From: an uncultured Acidobacteriaceae bacterium
GTDB taxonomy: Bacteria; Acidobacteriota; Terriglobia; Terriglobales; Acidobacteriaceae
Length of the DNA: 64,000 nt
Direction of reading: 5' to 3'
NCBI GenBank assembly: GCA_963782275.1
Contig: CAWAJA010000004.1
Span: 108,746 to 172,745 of the forward strand
The notes beneath the pieces are model-generated. The model did not search any database. It was given only the letters and a program-made list of their open reading frames with translations, and had not been told where the DNA came from. Every line of letters starts with the position of its first letter. Within the stretch, counting starts at the first letter, position 1. A program made the translations under genes and the position numbers. Positions 29,688 through 39,811 of this stretch are shown here, in pieces.

Positions 29688-31042
29688 TCAGACCTCACCT
29701 GCAGCCCGTATCGGGTCCGCGCCAGCGTCGGCTTCTTCGCGATGGAACAAGCGGCCGCTTTCGGAGTCGTAGTCGAAGATTTCGGCATAGCGTCCCCAGT
29801 TGAGCGCGGTCTGGAACTGGCGCTCGACTTCATCGGAGCTGAAGTGCTCGTCAAGGATGTCGCGGAAGAACTCCTCGCCGATGGCGTGGTCGCGCTTGGC
29901 ATGCAAGGTGTTCTCGATGAGCCGCAGGATGGCAACGTTCTTCAGAGCAGCGTCGCGGAAAAGCTGCTTCTGCGTCTGGATGTCGGCTTCGCCAAAAGTG
30001 CGGCCTTCCGGCGTGATCTCGACGTCGCCCTCGTGCAGCACCGCGAAGCCGAGCATCACCGAGGCGTCAACGATGGGAAGCAAATCGTCCACGTCCATCG
30101 CAAGCTCGTCGGCCAGCTTGTAGAGATCGTCGCGGCCGCCGCGGTCGGCGAGCAGCTCCATGAAGCCGGCGATTCCGCCCGGACGCGCGTGCGGCAGCAT
30201 CTGGAACTTGGTGCGCTCGCGCGGCTGGCCGTCGCCCGGCTGCCTGCGCCGCCTTGCCGGGAACGGCAGCCGGTTCGTCTGGACGCGTCAGCGTCTTGTA
30301 GATGTAATCGACGTATGCCAGAAAGCGCGGCGCTTTGCGATCGCGATATTGCGGAATGTCGATCTCGAAGTCGGAGCGAATGCGTCGCCGGATTGCGGCC
30401 CAGCACGATGACGCGGTCGGCCAGCAGCACGGCCTCCTCGATGTTGTGGGTCACGACGAAGATGGCGGTGGTCGGCATCTTTTTGTTGAGCCACAACTCC
30501 AGCAACTCGGAGCGTAGGTTTTCCGCGGTGAGGACATCGAGCGCCGAAAAGGGTTCGTCCATGAAGAGCACTTCCGGCTCGACGACGAGGGCGCGCGCAA
30601 AGCCGACACGCTGCTTCATGCCGCCCGAGAGTTCCTTGGGATACGCAGTTTCGAAGCCGTCGAGTCCCACGGTGTCGATCATCTTCAGGGCGCGCTTATG
30701 GCGCTCGATCGCGCCCATGGCTCGCGCGACCAACGGAGCTTCGACGTTTTCCAGAACGGTGAGCCAGGGAAACAGCGCGAAGCTCTGGAAGACGATGGAG
30801 ACATTGGGAATCTGGCCGTCCATCGGCTTGCCGTGCCAAAAGACGTGGCCGGACGACGGCTTCGAGAGGCCGGTCAACATGCGCAGCAGCGTGGATTTTC
30901 CCGAGCCAGATGGACCGAGCAGGCAGACAATTTTCCCAGGAGAGACCTCGAGGTCGGTGGGCGCGATCACCTCGATCTTGTTGCCGTCGGGCTGCGGGTA
31001 ATACTTCTCGACCGCGCGGGCTTGGATGATCGCCTCGGCCAA
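29688..31042 (-). pseudogene. NitT/TauT-type ABC ATP-binding protein with C-terminal AAA-associated domain, two +1 frame breaks
   Basis: ORF 30056..31042 has a TTG start with AGGAG upstream, Walker A GPSGSGKST, signature LSGGMKQR and Walker B LFMDEPFSALD. ORF 29688..30200 carries the AAA-associated C-terminal domain (GFMELLADRGGRDDLYKLADEL...). The linker IRSDFEIDIPQYRDRKAPRFLAYVDYIYK is in the third frame. Breaks lie near 30382 and 30234. Confidence 0.85.
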
Positions 31043-31097
31043 ATTCGTCTCCTGTGCGATTGCGCTCCTAGTCTATGGGCTTTCTCCGGTCATCGAC

Positions 31098-31136
31098 AAT
31101 TCACAATTCACAGATTGTGTGAAAGGAGTGTGAATT
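31098..31136. promoter_or_regulatory. Composite palindrome AATTCACA-a-TTCACA-gattg-TGTGAA-aggag-TGTGAATT between kdpC and the ABC operon
   Basis: Two TTCACA repeats (31100 and 31107) are followed by two TGTGAA repeats (31118 and 31129). The outer 8-nt arms are perfect reverse complements. The site lies 56-94 nt upstream of the ABC ATPase start. Confidence 0.35.
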
Positions 31137-31176
31137 TGGAGGCATCGTCTGAGGGCGGATGCGGTGTAGTCCCGAA

Positions 31177-31755
31177 CTATCGAGCCGCCATCGGCTTCAA
31201 CTGGTCGAGAGCGAGATTTACCTCCAAGACGTTGACCCGCGGCTCACCCAGAAATCCAAGCTGCCGTCCCTGGGTACAGCTGCGAATGATCGCGCGTACT
31301 TGATCTTCGCTCAGGCCGCGTTCGCGAGCGACGCGTGGGACCTGGAACTCCGCTCCTGCCGGGGTGATATCGGGATCCAAGCCGGACGCAGATGTCGTGA
31401 CCAAATCGATGGGAACCGGCTGCCCCGGGTTCTCCGCTTGCAGCCGCGCGACATCGCCCTTCACCCGGTCGATTAGTGTGCGGTTCGTGGGGCCGAGGTT
31501 AGTGCCACCGGAGTTGGCTGCGTCGTACCCGTTGCCTGCTGCCGAGGGACGGGAGTGCATATAGCCCGGTCCGGTAAATGCCTGTCCGATGATTCTCGAT
31601 CCGACGACTTCGCCGTTGCGCACGATGAGCTGCCCATTGGCTTTGTCGCGGAACAATACCTGGGCCAAGCCGGTCACTAGCAGCGGATAAATAATGCCCA
31701 GCAGTACAGTCGTAACCACCGTCATAAGAATTGCGATCTTCAGATTCTGTTTCAT
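31177..31755 (-). CDS. kdpC: Potassium-transporting ATPase subunit KdpC
   Basis: 192 aa. It has an N-terminal TM helix, then ...GSRIIGQAF...SRPSAAG..YDAANSGGTNLGPTN...ASGLDPDITP, the classic KdpC sequence. Confidence 0.95.
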   Translation of the reverse strand: MKQNLKIAILMTVVTTVLLGIIYPLLVTGLAQVLFRDKANGQLIVRNGEVVGSRIIGQAFTGPGYMHSRPSAAGNGYDAANSGGTNLGPTNRTLIDRVKGDVARLQAENPGQPVPIDLVTTSASGLDPDITPAGAEFQVPRVARERGLSEDQVRAIIRSCTQGRQLGFLGEPRVNVLEVNLALDQLKPMAAR

Positions 31756-31767
31756 AGTGTTTAGCCT

Positions 31768-33799
31768 CTACGCCAGTCCGACCCGAGTGATGACCATGTC
31801 GATCAGCTTAATCCCAATGAAAGGCACGATGATTCCGCCCACTCCATAGATCCAGAGGTTTCGGCGCAGAAGCGCGGCGGCGCCCATAGGGCGGTACTTG
31901 ACTCCCCGCAATGCCAGCGGAATCAGCGCGATGATGATGATTGCGTTGAAGATCACGGCCGAAAGAATGGCCGACTGCGGCGTTCGCAGATGCATGATGT
32001 TCAGCGCATTGAGTACCGGAAAGGTTCCGGCAAACATTGCAGGGATGATGGCAAAATATTTCGCCACGTCGTTGGCGATGGAAAAAGTTGTCAACGACCC
32101 ACGCGTCATCAGCAACTGCTTGCCGATAGCCACCACTTCAATGAGCTTGGTTGGATTCGAGTCGAGGTCAACCATGTTGCCGGCTTCCTTCGCTGCCTGG
32201 GTTCCGGTGTTCATGGCCACGCCGACGTCGGCCTGCGCCAGCGCAGGAGCGTCGTTGGTGCCGTCGCCGGTCATGGCGACGAGCTTGCCTTGCGATTGCT
32301 CGCGACGGATCAGGTCCATCTTGTCCTTTGGTGTGGCCTCGGCAAGGAAATCGTCCACGCCAGCTTCGCGCGCGATTGCAGCGGCGGTCAGGGGGTTGTC
32401 GCCGGTGATCATCACCGTCTTAATGCCCATGGCGCGGAACTGGTCGAAGCGCTCCTGCATGCCACCCTTCACAATGTCCTTGAGATGAATCACACCGAGG
32501 GCCCGCTGCTGCTCCGCAACCACCAACGGCGTGCCACCTGAGCGGGCGATCAGTTCGACACTGGACTGCACCTCCGCGGGCATCTCGGAACCATTCGCAG
32601 CGAGATAGCGACTGATGGAATCGGCGGCTCCTTTCCGGATCTGGTTGCCATTCATGTTCACGCCGGACATGCGGGTCTGTGCGGTGAAGGGTACAAATTC
32701 CATCTCGTGCGACGACAACTCGCGACCGCGAAGTCCGTATTTCTCCTTCGCCAGTACAACGATGGAACGCCCCTCGGGCGTCTCATCAGCCAGCGACGAG
32801 AGTTGGGCGGCGTCCGCCATTTCCCTCTCACTCACGCCCGGAGCAGGAATAAACTCCGATGCCTGCCGATTGCCCAGCGTGATGGTTCCGGTCTTGTCGA
32901 GCAACAAAGTGTCCACATCTCCGGCGGCCTCGACGGCGCGCCCTGACATGGCGAGGACGTTGTGCTGAATCAGGCGATCCATGCCGGCAATGCCAATGGC
33001 CGAAAGCAGTCCGCCGATGGTGGTGGGAATCAGGCACACAAGCAGCGATACCAGCACAAAGACGGTCTGCGGGGAACCGGAGTAGATGGCGAACGGCTGC
33101 AAGGTTACGACGGCCAACAGGAAGATGATCGTTAAGCCAGCCAGCAGGATGTTCAGCGCGATCTCGTTAGGCGTCTTCTGCCGCTCGGCGCCTTCGACGA
33201 GAGCGATCATGCGATCGAGGAAGGTCTCACCGGGGTTCGACGTTACCTTGACTTTGATCTGGTCGGACAGCACCCGCGTGCCGCCGGTTACAGCCGAGCG
33301 GTCGCCACCTGCCTCGCGAATGACTGGCGCAGACTCGCCGGTGATTGCCGACTCGTCCACCGAAGCCACGCCTTCGATGATTTCTCCATCCGACGGGACG
33401 AATTCTCCCGCCGAAACGAGAACCATATCCCCGGCGCGCAGCTTCGAGCTGGGCACTTGTCTCGGTCTGGCCGTCCTCAACCAGGCGGTTAGCGATGGTT
33501 TCCGACCGCGCCTTTCTCAGCGTGTCGGCTTGCGCCTTGCCGCGACCCTCCGCCATGGCTTCGGCGAAGTTGGCGAACAACACCGTGAACCACAGCCAAA
33601 GGGTGATCTGCAGATTGAAGCCAAAATTCTTGGGATCGCGAAGCAGCAAAACCGTAGTAATGACGCTGCCCACTTCGACCACGAACATGACGGGATTACC
33701 CATCATGTGGCGCGGATCCAGTTTGATAAACGAGTCCAGGATCGCGCGCCGAACGATCTTTAAGTCCCAAGCTTTCTTTTTAGAACTCTTGCTTGCCAT
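31768..33799 (-). pseudogene. kdpB: Potassium-transporting P-type ATPase subunit KdpB, one +1 frame break
   Basis: ORF 33227..33799 is the N-terminus (MFVVEVGSVITT...). ORF 31768..33480 carries the DKTGTIT phosphorylation site, TGDNPLTA and [16 protein letters not shown]. The junction ...LVEDGQTE / [13 protein letters not shown] lies near 33460. Confidence 0.95.
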
Positions 33800-33807
33800 T
33801 GCTGACC

Positions 33808-35605
33808 TCAGAAGACCTTCCCTGCTTGCATCAGCAGGTGTTCAAGAATGGGTCCCAGGCTGAGTGCCGGGAAGAACGTCAACGCGCCCACGATGAGAAT
33901 GACTCCGATCAGCAGCGCGCTGAAAAGCGGTGTAGTAACGGGAAAGGTCCCGAGCGAAGGCGGAACGTATTTCTTTCCCGCAAGATTGCCGGCAATAGCC
34001 AGCATGGGAATGATCATCAGGAACCGGCCGATCAACATGGTGAAACCGCCCGCTGTGTTGTACCAGAGGGTGTTCGTGCTCAGCCCTGCGAAGGCAGAGC
34101 CATTGTTGCCTGCCTGCGATGTGAAGGAATAGAGGATCTCCGTTAATCCATGGGGCCCGGGGTTGAGAATGCTGGACGTACCGAATCCATTCACCGACGA
34201 GATGGCCGTAAATACCAGGATGACTAACGGGAACACCAGCACTACCAGCATCGCCATCTTCACGTCATAGGCTTCGATCTTCTTGCCGAGATATTCCGGT
34301 GTACGGCCTACCATCAGCCCAGCGATAAACACCGCCAGCACGATGTAGATCAGCATCCCGTACATTCCGGCCCCCACGCCGCCGAAGATGACTTCGCTCA
34401 ACATGATGTTGACCAGCGGCACCATGCCGCCGAGCGGGGTGAACGAATCGTGCCACCCGTTGATGGCGCCGCAGCTGGCGTCAGTCGTCACGGTCGCCCA
34501 AAGAGCGGTGTTGGTGATTCCAAACCGGACTTCTTTGCCCTCCATGTTGCCGCCGGACTGTTGGGCGGTCACATGTTGATCCACGCCGTGGAGCAAAGGA
34601 TTGCCCCGAGCCTCGGCCCAGTAGGTCACAGCGACTCCCACCAAGAACAAAACCGTCATCGCGGCCCACACCGCCCATCCATGACGCGGCGATCCGGTCA
34701 TGCGCCCCAGGGTATACGTAAGTCCGGAGCCGATGGCAAAAATACAGAACAGCTCGATCAGGTTGGAGAGCGGTGTCGAATTCTCAAAGGGATGCGCGCT
34801 GTTGGCATTGAAGAATCCGCCACCGTTGGTGCCCCATTCCTTGATGATCTCCTGCGAAGCCACCGGGCCTTGCGCGATGGTCTGGTTCGTGACTGTGTCC
34901 ATCACCGGCTTGCCGCTGGCATCGACGGCTGGCTTGCCGTCCGGACCCACATGCTGCACTTGCTGCGGCTCAACCAGCTTAACGGAGTCGTAGGGCCGGA
35001 GGTTCTGTACTACTCCTTGCGAGACCAGCAGCAAAGCGCCGACGATACAAAACGGCAGCAGGACCCAGAGACATGCGCGAACCAGGTCCACCCAGAAAGT
35101 TGCCGATGGTCTGCATCTGCCGCCGGGCGATGCCGCGAATGAAAGCAATCGCCAGCGCGATCCCGACCGCCGCCGAGGCAAAGTTGTGATAGGCGAGGCC
35201 AGCCATCTGCGTCAGATAACTCATGGTGGTTTCGCCGGAATAGTTTTGCCAGTTGGTGTTGGTCGTGAACGACGCGGCCGTGTTAAACGCGAGCGCCTGC
35301 GGAACCGCCGCGAGTTTTTGCGGATTGAGCGGCAAGAATCCCTGCAGACGCTCGATCAGATACAACAGCAGCATTGAGACCACACTGAACAGCAGCATCG
35401 CAAAGGCGTATTCCGTCCAGCGCATCTCGTGGTCTTCATCCACGCCGGTGACGCGATACAGCAGGCGCTCGACCGGCCGCAGCACCGGGTCCATGAATGT
35501 CCGCTCACGATTGAAGACCCGGGCCATGAAGACCCCCATGGGCTTGGTCACGGCCAGGATCAGAACCAGAAACACGATAATTTGGATCCATCCATTGGCG
35601 GTCAT
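33808..35605 (-). pseudogene. kdpA: Potassium-transporting ATPase subunit KdpA, one +1 frame break
   Basis: ORF 34979..35605 (MTANGWIQIIVFLVL...TNTNWQNYSGE...) and ORF 33808..35181 join at ...QTIGNF / WVDLVRA. One extra base is at 35095. Confidence 0.95.
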
Positions 35606-35606
35606 G

Positions 35607-35696
35607 TCAGAACTTCTCCGGTCGCAGCAACGCGTAGAAGAGGTAAATCATCATCAATGCGCAAATGACGATCATGATTGTTGACTGGATATGCAT
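35607..35696 (-). CDS. kdpF: Potassium-transporting ATPase subunit KdpF (29 aa)
   Basis: MHIQSTIMIVICALMMIYLFYALLRPEKF has the KdpF C-terminal YLxYALLRPExF signature. GAGGGGA lies upstream. Its stop is one nt before the kdpA ATG. The ORF is below the cutoff of the supplied ORF track. Confidence 0.8.
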   Translation of the reverse strand: MHIQSTIMIVICALMMIYLFYALLRPEKF

Positions 35697-35705
35697 GAGG
35701 TCCCC

Positions 35706-35792
35706 TCACTTAACCCGGTCGCAGAAGCTGACATAGCCCAGCGACAAGGCGAAGAACGCGATCGTGATTGCGATAAATATCAGGTCTTGCAT
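35706..35792 (-). CDS. Hypothetical 28-aa hydrophobic peptide between the porin and kdpF
   Basis: MQDLIFIAITIAFFALSLGYVSFCDRVK. TAGGAG lies 6 nt upstream of the ATG, and the stop is 9 nt before the kdpF ATG. One predicted TM helix. No family was recognised. Confidence 0.4.
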   Translation of the reverse strand: MQDLIFIAITIAFFALSLGYVSFCDRVK

Positions 35793-35817
35793 GTTCAACT
35801 CCTAATGCCCGTGCTCA

Positions 35818-37332
35818 TTACCACGGTCCCTGTTTACGGCCAAACCACCAGATCACTCCCACCGTGGCCGTGTTTTGGTCCTTGGAGAAAACGTTTTGAG
35901 TGCTGGTCAGGAAAATCGGCTGGTTCGACCAGTCGTGCCGATACTCGTACTTCATTTCAAATCCATTCGCCACGGTAAAGTCATAGGTGGCTGTTACTTC
36001 CTTCAAGCGCTTCGGTGACTCCGCTGAAAAGCCCGCCGCGATCGGAGAGGTACTCTGCGCGTCCGCCGATATAGGTCCTGGGCGTCAGCTGATACTTGGC
36101 GTAAACAGCCCCGCCCGACGTGTGCGACGGCGCAGACGACTGGCCCGGCGCGGCGTTGGCCCATAGTCGCTGGATGACATAGTCGCCCTCCAACTGCAGC
36201 AGAAGTTTGGGCGTGGTCTGCCAGCTTGCGTAGCTGTCGAAGATGTGCAGTTTGCCGTCTGGCGCCGGGCTGATCTTCTGGAAGCACAAGCCCGGCTGCA
36301 CCGGCACCGGACCGCAAGTGGAAACCGGCGTTGCGTCAGGATGGTCCTGCCCGAGGTAGTAGTTCATGGTCCAAGTGATATTCTTGTTCGGTGTCAGCAC
36401 GAAACCAAACAGTTCATCCTTGAAGCTATTGGTCGGCTCCGTCTGATTGTTCCCGTTGACGACCCAGTAGTTCAGCGCCAGCTTCTTGTTTACGTTGTAC
36501 TGCGTCCGAAGGCCCATGTGGTAGAACGGCAGGAAGTTGAACCAGTACGCAGCGCGAATAGTTGATTTGAAACTGCGTGTAGTTGCCTTCGATCCCCAGA
36601 GAACTTGCCCATTTGCCGAAATCGACCGTCAGCCCTCTGCCTATCGGTACTACATACGTTCCATAGGCCTGAAAGACATTGCGATAGATGCCGGGACGCG
36701 GTCTCGTTGACTGGATTGCCTTGCAGCGTGGCCGTTGCCTGTCCGAATTGCAGATCGAGCCGCGCGCCGAAACGGCGTCCTGCATCCACATCGGGCGCCC
36801 GCTCGAAGATGACGGCCGCCTGGTTCAGCCTGAAGGCATTACTGCTCACGTCGTATGCGCGCAGCAGATTGACACGTCCGACCGGGTCGTTGAAGTTGTA
36901 GGCGTAATAGCCGTCAAGCGAGACGTTAATCGTTGTTCCCTTCAGGTAGTTGAGAATGCTGCGATCATCGGCAGAAAGCACCGCACTGACTTGCTGCTGC
37001 TTGGGTCTTAGCGGAGAGAGCGACGCTTTCGGCGGCGCCGTCAGCCGTGTCATGCGCGAGCTCAGAGTGAGCAGCTGGACGCCGCCGCTGGCGCGGAGGC
37101 GGACCGCATCTCCTTCATCTGCGCTTTCAGCTCCGCTCACTTCAGCCTCCAGGGCCGCGAGATGTTGTTGTAATCGTTCCATCGTCTGTGCCGAGACGGT
37201 CACCGTTCCGGCGGATTGCGCTGCTGTTTCCGACTGTTGCGCTTGCATCGGCGGGATGCAACGTCATGCAATACCGCTAGCAACCATCGTCAATGCCACT
37301 TCTCGAATGCGTTTCCCGATCGCCATGAACAT
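35818..37332 (-). pseudogene. OmpL-like (bbp2-type) outer-membrane beta-barrel porin, three +1 frame breaks and one in-frame TGA
   Basis: The signal-like MFMAIGKRIREVALTMVASGIA is followed by a TGA at 37264-37266, in frame with ORF 36490..37248. Further fragments are 36426..36791, 35981..36517 and 35818..36006. The C-terminus ...VGVIWWFGRKQGPW is barrel-like, with alternating aromatic beta-strand patterns. Breaks lie near 36700, 36525 and 36005. Confidence 0.7.
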
Positions 37333-37427
37333 CTCGTCACCTCTGCGTTTACTGCCGTGACTCCGTACAACTGTACATCCAGGAGTTGCGGAAGAGCTGT
37401 GACGAGAATCTTAGCTGCGGACTCTCT

Positions 37428-39093
37428 CTAGAACATCACCATCAACGCCATATCTAGACGGTTTTCAGTCTTGCGAAGGTCCGGCGTGAATCCAGGCACC
37501 ACAGATCCTGGCGGGCCAGTGTTGCCTCCTGGGGGCGTAATGCCGCCCGGCCCGGAGAAATACGGAACATTCGCGGCCCGGTGGTCGTACTCGAAGCGGA
37601 ACGTAACGTACTGGCTGGGCATGTAGTCGAAGGTGGCCGATATGTCCCAGGCTTTGAACGGCTGCCCAGGATTCTCCGTGAAGTAGGGCGTACCCGAGAT
37701 CGCCGTGGCGCCATTGATTGGCGGCAGCAGCACCAGGTAACGGCCTGGATTGTTGATCTGGCCGCCGCCCAGCGTCACCCCGTAGAGGTCCCTGTGGAAC
37801 CAGAAGCGGTTGTAGAACATGTACCCGATGAAGCTTTGCTTGGGACCCTTGGCGGAATTGGTAGTCGCAACTGACGCCACCGCCATGCTCGCATCCCAGA
37901 TCGCCGGTCAGCGAGAAAGCCATCTTGTCGAGGACGCTGTCGGGCTGGTCGTAGTATTTCCATTGAATGCTGTCGTCTGTGTGATAGCGAACCCGGCCGG
38001 GAACGCCCAGCGTGTCCTCGCCAAGCATGTATTGGTTGCCAAGCACTTCAAACGAGCCATTCGGACGCCACAAGATCTGCGCTCCAACGCCGGGGCGGTT
38101 GTTGAACCGGCCGTATGACTGCCAGCCATTGATCAGCCACGGCTCAATCTTCAAGTGCTCGTTGGGAAAGATCTGCACCCGCATCCCATTAAAGAACCAC
38201 GGCGTGTTGGAGGACACATACGAGGGCTGATAGGCCCAGTTGTCAAAGTTGTAATAGCTGAAGAGGCCGACGTAGGACATGAAGATTCCGGCTTCAACAT
38301 TGATGCCGTCCATCACGTTAAAGTGGTAGCCACCGTACGCTTCGGAAACATAGCGGTAGGCATCGGCAAGCTGCCATTGGCCACGTGCCGGGCTGGCGTC
38401 ATTGCGCGGCGTGGTCTGGGAATACATGCCGAACTGCGTCATGACCTGCGCCAGAGCATTGCCCTAGTGGAAGTCGCCACCAACGCCGAGCTTGCGTCAC
38501 CTGGAATTCACTCGAACGAAAGACCTCGCTCGATCCGCCAATGGTGTCGTCCTGCGGATGGGCGAAATCATAGATATAGCTAATGTCGGCCCTGATTTCC
38601 GGGGTGAAGAATGCGTTCTGAAACGGCACTTCCTTGACGCGCGAGTTGCCGTTCAACCAAGTGAAATCGGCGAACGAAAACGGCTCGGGCTTCGCTGGCT
38701 TTCCGGGCGCAGCCGCCTTTGCATCGCACCCTCGGCTGGCCGGCGCCTGCGAGCCGGAGGGCTTGCTCAACCACGGCATGCACAGGTGCGGCATTTCCTC
38801 TTGCGGTCGGCTGTCCCTGGGCGTTCGGCTATTCAGTTCCGCCTCGAGCTGATCAATGCGCTTTTGCATGGCATCGAGCTGCTTCTGAACGGCGGGCGAT
38901 ATTGGCTGATCGGTGTCGCTCGGCGGCGGAGCAGGCGGCTGCGTTCTCTGCCCATGAGCGGCGATCGGAATTGAGAGCAACGCCGCCGCGATGAGTAAGC
39001 AGCGTCGCCGAGCCGATGATGTGCAGAGAGGAACTCCGCCATCTGCTGTTCGAGGTGCGCGAGAAAGCGGCGGCCGGTCGCCGAATCGCCCAC
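37428..39093 (-). pseudogene. Second OmpL-like outer-membrane beta-barrel porin, about three frame breaks and one in-frame TAG
   Basis: The fragments are 38399..39187 (signal-like RRRCLLIAAALLSIPIAAHGQ, coiled QKQLDAMQKRIDQLEAELN), 37465..38442 and 37428..37886 (ending ...LDMALMVMF). A TAG at 38464-38466 interrupts LGVGGDFH*GNALAQVMTQFGMY. The 5' end is unresolved; the ATG at 39093 is in a different frame. Confidence 0.65.
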
Positions 39094-39543
39094 TGCGACT
39101 TGCCTCGATTTCCTGACTGCCGCGCGGTCTCTTCGACTTGGCTAACGGCTGTGAACACTCGAAGAGGAACACCGCAAAGAAAACCACACTCAGTCCGCAG
39201 ATCAGCGAAAAACAGAGTATTCATAATTTCACTTCCACACACATGCCTGCACACGCTCGTCATTTGATTGGAGCATTCCGCCACGTAAGTGTCGGCTAAG
39301 AAGTTCGTAAGTTTTTCGTAAAGAGCAATTTGGTATCCTGCGTCGGAAAGGCGCTGCAACGCCTCCAAGCATTCTTCCTTCAGCTCCTGCAACGCAGCGA
39401 CTGGCACCAGAAATGTGCAACTGGCCAGCATTCACAAATCTTTAACGGAACGTTTTCCGCTCCCGCCCGTATATAGCTGCAGAAGTTGATCCGGTGAACG
39501 CCGCAAGGCACGCCGGGCGCAACCGCTTCTGAAGGAGATCGAT

Positions 39544-39669
39544 ATGGACGCGAAATATAACTGGCTGATTGACAACGGTGCGATCCGCGTCACCCTCAAC
39601 ACGGTGGCGATTGCGCTCTGGATTGCCATGGCGTTCGGGATTCTGGAACTGGCGACAAAGGCCAGCTAA
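39544..39669 (+). CDS. Hypothetical 41-aa membrane peptide
   Basis: MDAKYNWLIDNGAIRVTLNTVAIALWIAMAFGILELATKAS. GAAGGAG lies 7 nt upstream of the ATG, and an intrinsic terminator follows about 50 nt downstream. No homology was recognised. Confidence 0.35.
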   Translation: MDAKYNWLIDNGAIRVTLNTVAIALWIAMAFGILELATKAS

Positions 39670-39720
39670 GAGTCAGTGTTGACACATTGACGCGCGCGGA
39701 TACAGGTCGCGCATGAAGAG

Positions 39721-39752
39721 ACCCCGCTTTCCCCAGAGCGGGGTTTCGTGTT
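39721..39752 (+). terminator. Rho-independent terminator
   Basis: ACCCCGCT-ttccccag-AGCGGGGT is a perfect 8-bp stem followed by TTCGTGTT. Confidence 0.55.
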
Positions 39753-39811
39753 GATGGGGCGGTTGACGGCCGAAGAAATTTGGATAATGCTTACTCGTCC
39801 GGGAGTTGAGC

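Noticed and set aside
38853-39431. 192-aa minus-strand ORF upstream of porin 2.
   Set aside because: Its 3' two-thirds is an out-of-frame read of the porin 2 leader and signal region. Only the first 70 codons or so look protein-like, and I could not assign them to any family. I therefore do not report it as a gene.
37333-39540. A c-di-AMP (ydaO-type) or other riboswitch controlling the porin-kdp locus.
   Set aside because: I could not find the conserved ydaO core elements by eye in either leader. This is a weak negative, since a covariance-model search is needed. It is listed as a check under the kdp finding rather than claimed.
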